Shown: positions 18,192 to 28,300 of the stretch, one piece after another
Position numbering within the stretch: the stretch's first letter is position 1
Layout: each line of letters starts with the position of its first letter
Source: a virus
Lineage: Duplodnaviria > Caudoviricetes
IMG/VR virus record: IMGVR_UViG_3300010354_007082
Location: 1-54,266 of that record
DNA length: 54,266 nt
Direction: 5' to 3' (one strand)
Notes under the pieces: model-generated
Database searches by the model: none
What the model was told of the DNA's origin: nothing
The model's input: only the letters and a program-made list of their open reading frames with translations
Position numbers and translations under genes: made by a program

Positions 18192-18988
18192 AATAAACTC
18201 AACAATTTACTTTTATCCAACATATGAAAATCAATATCTTGTATTGTGATATATTCTTGTTTTGTTCTACCATAAATCGTTTTATCAAAGACTGCGGTAA
18301 AATCAGTACAAATTGTTGAATTATTATTTTTATAAAATTCGTGTATTTTTCCTACATGTAATAAATTCCATGGGATAACATCACAATGATTAAACAAATG
18401 CCCGTTCACAATATCTAGTGCTAATGTAAGAGCATAATCATTTCTAAATTGTGTAGGCATAAAGTTATGTATGTATCCATAATGACTGTAGTTGTTTTCA
18501 ATCATTTCCATACAATCAAAAACTTGTTTAGATTTTAAAGTTTTCTTAAAGGTGATGACGGTTGCCCAAAAAGTTTGATGACTATAATTTGATAAAAATT
18601 CTTGTTTATAATCATAAAAATTAACATACTGTACAGTATTATGAGCACATATATCAGTAACAAAATCAAACGTGGTTAATAATTGCTTAGAATTAATTAC
18701 ATAATCCACATCAAGTAATATTGTATTGTCATATGGACTAATCTCATAAGCAAGATATCTACCTTTATTGATCCAAACTTTATTACGTAATTGGTTACTA
18801 TCGTTTGGTTCTACAAAAATTACTTTGTCAAACTTGTGTGTTGTATCACTATTAAAAGTTTCTGTATTAGTAATTAGTGTGACTGGTAAATCTAAAAAAT
18901 AGTTTACACGTTCAGCACAATGTTTTGCCATACTATAGTAATCATAATTTATTGTATTATGAGCAAAAAGCAACACACCGTTTTTCAT
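18188..18988 (-). CDS. GT8-like nucleotide-diphospho-sugar transferase-like protein
   Basis: GVLLFA, SPYDNTILLDVD (DxD), WATVITFKK, FRNDYA, DFHMLDK. Confidence 0.6.
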   Translation of the reverse strand: MKNGVLLFAHNTINYDYYSMAKHCAERVNYFLDLPVTLITNTETFNSDTTHKFDKVIFVEPNDSNQLRNKVWINKGRYLAYEISPYDNTILLDVDYVINSKQLLTTFDFVTDICAHNTVQYVNFYDYKQEFLSNYSHQTFWATVITFKKTLKSKQVFDCMEMIENNYSHYGYIHNFMPTQFRNDYALTLALDIVNGHLFNHCDVIPWNLLHVGKIHEFYKNNNSTICTDFTAVFDKTIYGRTKQEYITIQDIDFHMLDKSKLLSLL

Positions 18989-19290
18989 CGTTTATTTTCA
19001 AGCTTCTTGTATTCTGTATACCATTCATCCATTACAGTATGATACCTGTTTTTACAAACTTCAAGCATTTGTTGTGTGTTTACACGTACTGGAACTTTAT
19101 ATTGGTCAATCATTACTACAAATTCTGTATTAACGCTTTCTAAAAAGGCAATTAAGTTAATATCAATTTTCCAAAGTCCTTGTTGTTCTGCTACAATAAG
19201 CTTACTTTGATATTTGTTTTGTAGATAATCGGTTGCTATTTGATGGGCAAAACGAAGTTTTGCTTGTTCAACCAATAGTTTAGTATCCAT
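18985..19290 (-). CDS. Hypothetical protein, first gene of the modification operon
   Basis: 101 aa, RBS GGAG, preceded by TGTAAATA. Confidence 0.75.
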   Translation of the reverse strand: MDTKLLVEQAKLRFAHQIATDYLQNKYQSKLIVAEQQGLWKIDINLIAFLESVNTEFVVMIDQYKVPVRVNTQQMLEVCKNRYHTVMDEWYTEYKKLENKR

Positions 19291-19306
19291 AAATTACTCC
19301 GTAGAG

Positions 19307-19314
19307 TATTTACA
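19307..19314 (-). promoter_or_regulatory. Late promoter-like TGTAAATA
   Basis: Intergenic TAAATA core upstream of RBS and ATG at 19290. Confidence 0.5.
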
Positions 19315-19336
19315 ATTGATTATGTTGAGTGAAAAA

Positions 19337-20299
19337 TTATGAACCTGAAACTGTACCAGCAATTAGTACAGTGCCCCAACTATTACTAATATTATTTGTA
19401 CTAGGGGGTCTTACTACGCAAGTTGTTGATGATCCTGCTGAAATTGTTATTCCAGAAGGAATTTCATCCCATACAGTGTATAATGTAATAATATTACCTG
19501 CGTCACTATTACTACCTTGCGTACCATTTGATTTGGCTATTACTCTTATTCTTCCATTACCACCATAATAATAATAGTAATAATAACTAGAGCTTGCAGT
19601 TTGTGAGAATAATTGAGCGTTACTACTATTAAGTGCGTAATACCCATTATTAGTAGATATAATAGGAGTGCTTCCCCCTCCACCAATTTTTGTTACTCCA
19701 TTATAATTTGTACTAGCAACAATAATTGTACCTGACGTTGGCGCACTAAGCACAACTGTTCCGATAGCACCTGCTAATCCGCTCATTGTTCCATTGAATC
19801 CTGAACCAGCAGGATGACTACACGTAATAGCGATTTGACCGCCTGCGTTAAAAAAGTAACGTGCTGCGTCACCACTTACAAATGTAATATTATGTTGAAA
19901 AGTTACACTAGTTCCCCATGTTGAACCATAAGTTTGTACATTGCTGGTAGTTGTTCCTTGTGCGGTAGCGTTTAGCCTATTAGTATAAATTGTTGTAAGA
20001 TTTGTTGGGATAGCTGATAAAAATGTGATAGTACCACCAGATACAGGAGCACTTACACTTGTTATTGTTGATCCTTGATGTAATGCTGATAGTGCTGTAC
20101 TATTAATTAAATTAGCCCAACTAGTTGCGGTTACAACATCACCTACGTTTACTGTGGCTAGTGCTGTCTGACCATAACCTGCGCTTGAACCTCCTACAGC
20201 CCAAACCGTGTTTAATCTGTTAGCTGTAGTTCCGGGACTTGTCCCCACTAAATTGTTATAATCCGTAGCTTCAACTGAGCCATATTGTGCGTAGGTCAT
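19337..20299 (-). CDS. Virion structural/fibre-associated protein
   Basis: Thr/Ser/Gly-rich; GYGQT, ARYFFNAGG motifs; follows fibre gene; contains a 7-Tyr run. Confidence 0.6.
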   Translation of the reverse strand: MTYAQYGSVEATDYNNLVGTSPGTTANRLNTVWAVGGSSAGYGQTALATVNVGDVVTATSWANLINSTALSALHQGSTITSVSAPVSGGTITFLSAIPTNLTTIYTNRLNATAQGTTTSNVQTYGSTWGTSVTFQHNITFVSGDAARYFFNAGGQIAITCSHPAGSGFNGTMSGLAGAIGTVVLSAPTSGTIIVASTNYNGVTKIGGGGSTPIISTNNGYYALNSSNAQLFSQTASSSYYYYYYYGGNGRIRVIAKSNGTQGSNSDAGNIITLYTVWDEIPSGITISAGSSTTCVVRPPSTNNISNSWGTVLIAGTVSGS

Positions 20300-20308
20300 T
20301 AGTGTCCC

Positions 20309-21517
20309 TTACTTAATGCTAACGATTGCCTCAATAGTCCCTACACCTTCTGTGTTTTTACCTGATAAGGCCCTTCCTATAGTGTTAAATGCGTTTGGTT
20401 CGCCACGTTTTGCTGCTCTTGCTATACCATTTCCAGCACTAACTAACCTATCTCCCTTTTTTATTACCCCTGCTACTTTAACTTGTACACGCCCACTTAC
20501 TGCGACTGGAGGATGTGTTGTATCATCTCCTGCTCCAGCATTCATTAAGTAAGCAGCAGTATCACTTATCACACCAAATATATCTTCACTTAGTTCATAC
20601 TTAACTGCTGTAATTTCTTTATCACCGCCCAATTCTACAACTGTACCAGCATCATAAAAACTATCAGCCTCAAATCGTTCTGCTAAGTCAGCGTATGTAG
20701 CTTGTAATCTACTACCACTACTTAATGTCCAATTACCTGTAATCGTACCTGCTGTTGCTGCTGCGCCTGTTGTTAATATTGGTGTTCTAACATTAGCACT
20801 AAGTATGTTTCCATTATAAACTGGCATATATGACGCAACGTTAGCATTGCTATAGCTACCACCGAATGGAATTGCTGTACCATTTGAATAGTAATAATTA
20901 TCACAAACAATTCTATATGTTGGAGCTACATATAAACCTCCTGTGTTTAATATAATAGCATTACCACTAGCACCACCTGTACCATTTACAGTCCAAGTAC
21001 CGGTTAGTGTACCTGAAGTAGTATTTGCTCCTGTTGTAATAATTGCTGTATTAGTTGTGCCACTGTTTAATGTAGTTATATTACCTGTTGCGATTGTAGC
21101 AGTATTTGTTACTGTAATATTAACAAATGTGCCAGTTGTTGCTGATATTGTGTTACCAACTGAAATATTACTTGTTGTTATGTTGCCTGAAACAGTAATA
21201 TTACCGAATGTTGTTGTACCTGTACTCGTACTGGTAGCAAGTGATACCCAATTAGCAGTATTTGACTCGTAATCGGTTGGGCATACATTTAGTGTGCTTG
21301 TACTAGTATTGTACCATAACTGCCCTCTAAGTGGATTAGCAGGCGGTGTATCATCCGCAAAGTTTTCTATGACATGAACGAAATTAGTATCTTGTGATTG
21401 TCCATATCCTGCGTAATTCCTACCTGGCAGTGCTAAACTGGTACTGGTTGTGTTGATAGTACCATCAGCGATTGTTGTTAGTATTTCACCATCGCTTTTA
21501 ACTATTGTGTATGCCAT
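20309..21517 (-). CDS. Tail fibre-like protein with C-terminal intramolecular chaperone (peptidase G2/IMC-like)
   Basis: N-terminal L.L.GRNYAGYG...ENFA..P.NPLRGQLWY; beta-rich Thr/Asn repeats; C-terminal YADLAERF...GVIS..AYLMN...SGRVQVKV...KGDRLV. Confidence 0.7.
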   Translation of the reverse strand: MAYTIVKSDGEILTTIADGTINTTSTSLALPGRNYAGYGQSQDTNFVHVIENFADDTPPANPLRGQLWYNTSTSTLNVCPTDYESNTANWVSLATSTSTGTTTFGNITVSGNITTSNISVGNTISATTGTFVNITVTNTATIATGNITTLNSGTTNTAIITTGANTTSGTLTGTWTVNGTGGASGNAIILNTGGLYVAPTYRIVCDNYYYSNGTAIPFGGSYSNANVASYMPVYNGNILSANVRTPILTTGAAATAGTITGNWTLSSGSRLQATYADLAERFEADSFYDAGTVVELGGDKEITAVKYELSEDIFGVISDTAAYLMNAGAGDDTTHPPVAVSGRVQVKVAGVIKKGDRLVSAGNGIARAAKRGEPNAFNTIGRALSGKNTEGVGTIEAIVSIK

Positions 21518-21536
21518 TTTCTAGTTGCTCCGTACA

Positions 21537-21544
21537 TATTTATT
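21537..21544 (-). promoter_or_regulatory. Late promoter-like AATAAATA
   Basis: Intergenic, followed by GGAG RBS and ATG at 21517. Confidence 0.55.
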
Positions 21545-22165
21545 TTAAATCGTCACCAAATTTGTCAGTGATTGTATTCTTATTGTATAATCTATTTGTA
21601 TTTGTCTATTCAATGCTTTTTGAACAGGATGAAATATTACATGTGTCAATAATCTTGTAATAACATTTCCATTTTCATCTGTTCCGTAATACGCCTGCAA
21701 CCCCAACTCATCAAATACAAAACTACTATCTGTCTGTGTGCTATTGTCAAAAGCGTCTTGTCCAGGTGGCTCGCCATAATCTAATAAACACTGTACTAAA
21801 ATATCACTGTAAATTCTTCCAGCAGTATGAAATACTGTCATTTTATTACGTGCAGGATCAAGATTAAACACGCTTGTATCATCAACAACTTTTTGATAAG
21901 TTTGATTGTATAACGCAGCGTTTTGTCCAGTTGTGTTTGGTGGCAAGTATGTGATAATTCCAGTATCACTAACACTGGCACCACCGTTACCAAATGCCAT
22001 TTGGTAAATTTCACCATATCCACGACTTGATAATGTATCAGCAATCGCTTCACTCATGTTTTCGTAGTTAATAGCATTCTTTTTATCTACAAAAACTTCA
22101 TGGTTATTAGGGTCATAAATCTTTAAAAACCCTTCTACTTTATATGATAAATTAATAATTGACAT
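21545..22165 (-). CDS. Virion structural protein (baseplate/fibre-attachment-like)
   Basis: KNAI, MAFGNGG, FDELGL, THVIFHPVQK...IDYTIRI; position between giant baseplate protein and fibre. Confidence 0.6.
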   Translation of the reverse strand: MSIINLSYKVEGFLKIYDPNNHEVFVDKKNAINYENMSEAIADTLSSRGYGEIYQMAFGNGGASVSDTGIITYLPPNTTGQNAALYNQTYQKVVDDTSVFNLDPARNKMTVFHTAGRIYSDILVQCLLDYGEPPGQDAFDNSTQTDSSFVFDELGLQAYYGTDENGNVITRLLTHVIFHPVQKALNRQIQIDYTIRIQSLTNLVTI

Positions 22166-22323
22166 TAGGTATCTGCCCTTTTCTGCACATAAACTTTCTT
22201 ACTCTCTGGATCATGTATTTTAATATGGCTGGAAAAATAATAGCCAATATTCTCGTCAGGCTTCTTACTGTCAATAGGTTTTCTTAATTCTGATAATTTA
22301 ATTGGTGTATTTTTCTTGTCCAT
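22165..22323 (-). CDS. Small 52-aa protein; not in ORF track
   Basis: MDKKNTPIKLSELRKPIDSKKPDENIGYYFSSHIKIHDPESKKVYVQKRADT; TAATG overlap with next gene; late promoter 4 nt upstream. Confidence 0.75.
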   Translation of the reverse strand: MDKKNTPIKLSELRKPIDSKKPDENIGYYFSSHIKIHDPESKKVYVQKRADT

Positions 22324-22327
22324 ATTA

Positions 22328-22335
22328 TATTTATC
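22328..22335 (-). promoter_or_regulatory. Late promoter-like GATAAATA
   Basis: Intergenic, 4 nt before ATG at 22323. Confidence 0.6.
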
Positions 22336-22340
22336 TCCCA

Positions 22341-25300
22341 CTACATACCACTTTTTAAGAACTCAGCTGGATATGTATTACTTATTTGTAATGGCATAGT
22401 TAAGTCAGTGTCGTATGTATTTGTGCTGTTCCAATCAGTATCATAGTACTCTGGTCCTAATAAATTACTATCAAATATTGCATAAACACGGTTATACTTT
22501 TCAACAAACGTTAATGTTGGGGTAACATTAACACCTCTTGTTAATCCAGTAATTTCATTAGTACCAAGATTATAGCTAGTAAACTTAATTTGTTCTCCAT
22601 TAACATATATCAAACCACCAATAATCATAGTAATCGTAACACTGTTTCCTGCTGCTATATAAGTAGGATTGTTTTCAATCTCTAAGATAGGTTGATTTCC
22701 ATTAAATGTTTGTGTTACAATATTATTTGGAATAGCTACTGCCAACGTATTATTATATAATGTATATCCCAATATCTTATTGCTATTTTCAGTTAATTGT
22801 AACGTAAACACATTATTTGCTAACGCAGGCACAGTTTGTGTACTTTCTACATCTTGTAACAACTTACTAGCATCATATACAGTAATTGTTGATGTAGTAT
22901 CTGTGATATCCTCAGTTAACCAAGTGGTTGTGCTTTCTGCTGTTCTATAGATATTTGGAGTATTGTCAACAAACACATTATTAAAGTACAATTCGTTATT
23001 TGGTGTTGCGCTAGGCATCATACTTAAAATAGTGACATAATCACTTACATTGCTTAAAGCAACTTCAATTCCAACAAAATTATTATTATAAACTTGTAAT
23101 TTTTCACTAGGTACACGATAACCATTTACAGTTACCCATAATCTATCAACATCATCTTGTTTAAATTGACTAATGTTTACAACTCCAACTGCGCTAGTTA
23201 ATACATATTCATTACCATCTTGTGTACTGCTAATCGTTATTGATTTAGCAAAAGCTGTTCCATCTCCTGAACCTGCCCCAGTAGCAATAAATGTGCCTCC
23301 AGTGACTGGAGCACCAACATAACCAATTGCGTTCCAATTAGTTGTACCCAAATCTTGAATGATATATTCTTCATTTACAATGAATGATCCTGCTGTGATA
23401 CTTGGACCAACTTCTAATATCCAATATAAATCATTGTCAACAATACCACCAACTAAACTATCTCCATTGACAGTAGTTAGGCTTGTAAAGTATACAGGAG
23501 TTCCCGGTACTAACTTATCTATACTTGAAACACTGATTCTATTAACTGTAGCAAATGTTCGTACTGTAGTAGCTGTTGTTAATGTGAATGTCCTATCATT
23601 CCAAGCGAATCCTGTTCCTGTATAAGCATCAAATATACTAACTGCGTCTGCTGCGTCTAATCCAGGATCTGTAAACAATTCATAACTTGTTGGGCTAACA
23701 ACACTTACGTACAGTGTTCTATCATTAATTTGTGAGGTACCAGTTACACCGCCGAAACGTATAGCATCACCATTGCTTAATCCTAAGGTAGCACTTAGGT
23801 TGACTTGTGCTCCTAAGTTAGGACCTGTTGTGATAGAAGAAATTGTTACTACAAGTCCTTGTATATCAAATTGTGTGTTTAGGTATTGTCTAAATGTTTG
23901 ATTAAACGTAGTTACAGCTACAATATCGTTTAATGACAATGGAGTTACAAAAGTCAAGCTAGTTGTAGCAAAATCAATCGTATACCCTGAACTTACACGT
24001 AATCCATTTACTTCAACAATAGCATCTGTTTCATTGTCATACGCACTATAATTGCTTAGTATAAACACAGTTTGACCAGCGGTAGCAGTAAATACCTCTG
24101 TTTCAGGTAATGTGTAACCATATTGTTCTGGCTCAGTTTCACCAAAGAAACTATAAGCTAAGTAATCTGTGCTTGCGTCATATTGACTAGCAAACACGAC
24201 TTTTGCTTGTACTCCATTTGGTTGTAATCCAATAGCATAATCATTAGTTACAAAAACACTGCGTCCTGTAGCATTTGTTAATGTTAGTGGATTACCTGGA
24301 CTTAATGGATCTTCTAATCTAAACTTAGTACCATCTACAATATTTAAGATGTTATAGCTTGTTTGTGGTGTAACAACTCCAAACATGTTATCATCAAAAA
24401 TAATTGTGTCGCCTGCGTTCAATCCACCTGTTGTACTTACTACAACTGTATTTGTACTAGAACGTGTAGCCAACGCAACATTAGTACGTCCAACTAATAA
24501 CCTATCACCATTATGTTGAACATATGGGTCAGTCCAAGGAACACCTGCTCCTGAACTTAATATTGCTGTCATGTTTCCTGTAGCATTACTTAATGCAAAT
24601 ACAGGACCAGCAATACCACTAGATATTGTAGCACTTATTACAATTGAACTGGTTGCTGTGTTAATGAACTTAACATAATAATTCGTATCAGCAACGATAT
24701 TACCAAAAACTGTACCTTGGAATCTTACTGTAGCATTTAATGTAAACGCTGAAACATTATCTACTGTAATCGTATTGTAGGTACTTTCTGTTTGTGTACA
24801 ATTTACATTTGTAACATAAGGTAAGTCTTGTATCAACCCACTACCATTTGTAATTGTCTTACTATAATTACAATTTAGATATATTTCATCAAATCCTGTA
24901 TTATCATCAGTTCTGATAGGATCAATAAATGTATTACTTTTAACTAGTTGATCGCCATTTCCAACTTCATAAACATCAATACGTAATTGATCACCTACTG
25001 TTAATGTACTGTTCAATGTGACAGTTTGTGCTATCCAATCTACAGTATAATCATTGGTTACATATATTGATGTTGATAGTCCTGTTGCTCCATCAATAAC
25101 AAATAATGCTAATTGAGCAGGAATTTCAACCAAATTAGCAAAACTATATATAACTTGATTGCTTGGACTTGGTGTATATACGTTGCTAACAACATTGTAT
25201 CCAACGTGTTGATATAATGTAGCATCCCAATTTGTACCAGGGCGTGTATTAACTTGAATTGTTAAATTATCTTCAACAATACCAGGAATCATTTCTTCTG

Positions 25301-28300
25301 GACCATATCCACTTAAGAATGAATCACCTTGTACTGTATAGATTGGTTCAGGTACATCGTAAGTTGCTTCTTTATCCCATGTAACTCCATTATCACTACT
25401 TGTTAAAATTACATTGTTATCACCAACTACTACCCACTTACTATTAACACTATCATAAATGATACTGTTTAGATTATTTGGAACATTGCTACTTACTATA
25501 CTCCAAGATAATGAATCTGTACTTACTTTAATTAATCCCTCACCCAAATATACATCACCGACTGCTATAAATTTACCATTAGCAAATTGTACACTATTCA
25601 AGTTACTTGTCTGTGGGTACAAGTACATGTACGATGATACAGTAGGACTTGTTAAGAAAGTTACCGCTGTAAGTTGTAATTGTGTACTACTAATGATATT
25701 ACTAATCGTGTATGTTGTAGTAGTGTTGATAACGTCAAACGCACTACTAAATCTCACACTATCGCCAACTTGGAAGCCTGCTGTACTTGTAACATTTAGA
25801 TAGTTACTTGGAACGTTTGTGCTAAACGCAAAAGTTTCATTAACACCATACCAATTTACTAAATCTGTACTACGTGAAATAATACCATTTTGTCCTACAC
25901 CAACTATAACTGTACCGTTACTTGCTAAACTATAGTTAAAATATCTTGAATCTGGGATACTACCACTCCATGTTGTAGCATTTGTACTATATAAAAATAT
26001 TGGGAACGGCTCATACTGTGTTCCAGAAACAACATATGCTGATCCAACTACACCATAATAGTTTGTACTACTTAAAGAAACTTGTTTTGTTTCATTCATT
26101 ACAACAGGAAGTGAGCTAGAAAAGTTTGCTGTAACTGTCCAAGTATTACCGTTTGTACTTGTGTAAACCTCTTCACCTACAGCAACATATTTTCCATTAT
26201 AATACATGATGCTGTTAATTGGTTCTGAAGTTAATGAACTTATATTAGTATTAACATTCCATGTAACACCATCAGTGCTTTCAATGATTGGAGCACTGCT
26301 ATCAGTTGTTGTTATGATATACTTTGTACCTGAATAAACAATATCAGTAAAACCAACATCTATTACAGTAATATTTTCAATATCATACGCAAGTGAATCA
26401 GCACTTCTAAACAATCCTGAATTATTAGCAGTGTTAGTAGTAATTAATATATCTGTTCCATCATTTATAACACTGGTATTTGTATAACCATATGGTATAA
26501 ATTCTTGTCCTTGTAGATTTGTTTCTACTGTAAACTGATATGCTGGATTGAATTGATTTCCATAATATGTTGTGTTTGGATACTCAAGACCTGTCATTAA
26601 CTGTGGTAAATTAATACCTGGCATATTAATAGTTGGGCTGTAATACCCAACAACTCTGTCTAATGCGTTTAGTTTTCTGCTATCACTATTAACAAGTTCC
26701 CATTTTCCAATAACAAATTCATCATCATTATTACTAATCAAGCACTCATAAACATTGTTGTTGTAGCGTACTAAACTTTGATTATACAATAATGGAGCTT
26801 GTTTGTAAGCAATTGATCCAAGCTTACTGATATACATCTCACTATCAGTATCAAAGGTAGTTAATGTTTTAGCTGGTCCACCTGGATAGTCACTTAATCT
26901 AATCAAATAATCAGAAGTAATACTATGAATATAATATGGAACATACTCTAATAAACCACCACCAACATTACCTGAGAAAAATACTTGGTCATATACTTGA
27001 TAGAAACTTGTATTAGGATCTACCAAACGTAGTCTATTTGCTTCACCTGTATCACTAATATATTCAACAGTTTGTGTTGTTAATCCGTTATATGGTATAG
27101 CAATGACTGAAGCTGTTCCTGTACCTGTTCCTATTCCCGTAGCAACAAATTGTCCACCTTCAACAGCAGTACCAATATATCCTATGCTATTCCAATTAGT
27201 TGAACCCAAGCTTACGATTGTGTATAACTGTCCAATTGTAAATGATCCTGCTACTTCGATTGTTTGTCCAACAACTGGTATAGTCAACAACGGATCACTA
27301 TATAATGCTAATTGATTAGCTCCTATTGTTTTAACATAATAATTATTGCTGATTGTAGGAGGTGTGCCTGAAACAATTACGTTTGTAATTGCACCAAAAC
27401 TGTCTACATTACTAACATATATCGTACAATCATTATCAGGGCTTATTCCGCCCATAGCAGTACCTGAGATTGTCAATAAATTACTTTCAGTATAACCTGA
27501 TCCCTGATTTGTAATTATTACACGATATCCACCTAATATTGAACTTAAACTAAACTGTGGTATACCTAGTGTAGCAGTATTTTGACCTATAGTTTGTGGA
27601 CCTAAAGCTTGTGATAATGACACACTTGTGCCTGCTCTACTCGTAGATACTTTGATAAATTGTTCACCAACACCACGCATAATCCCTGTATCATTAGTAA
27701 CAGTAACAGCAGGTCCACCTTCAGTAGCACTAATTGTAAAGCTATTATTGCCTGGTGTATAACTTATTGAATTAACAAAATACTCAACACCTACACTAAC
27801 ACCACCTAAGCCTTCTTCACTGAATACTATTGGCATTCCTACATACAAATCTTCTGCTGTAATACATGACAGTGTATTTGGAGCAACTGTTTGCGTAACA
27901 TCAACTTTAAGACTTGGCGTTGTCAATCCAGTTTGTGGATTAACATAACCACTATAATCTATAATATAATATGTTACTCCAGTGCTAAGTCCACCTATAC
28001 TTGAACCAGTTAATCTTAATGGCATATTAATATAAACATAGTCAGTAGCATCAATGCTAGGACTTGGTTTTCCTAATGCGATTTTATTAACTGTACTGTC
28101 TGGTGAACCAATTGTAGCATTTATTGTTCTACCCCAAAGTTCAGTGTTTGTAGCTGTTAAGTTTGGATATTGCTTAGTGCTCGGATATAAAGTAAATTCT
28201 TGACCATTGACGATGCCAGGACTGATTGGTAGTGCTACCATCATAGTCATATTTCCTGTACCATTTGGTAATGTATCAATTAAACTTTGGTCATAACAAT

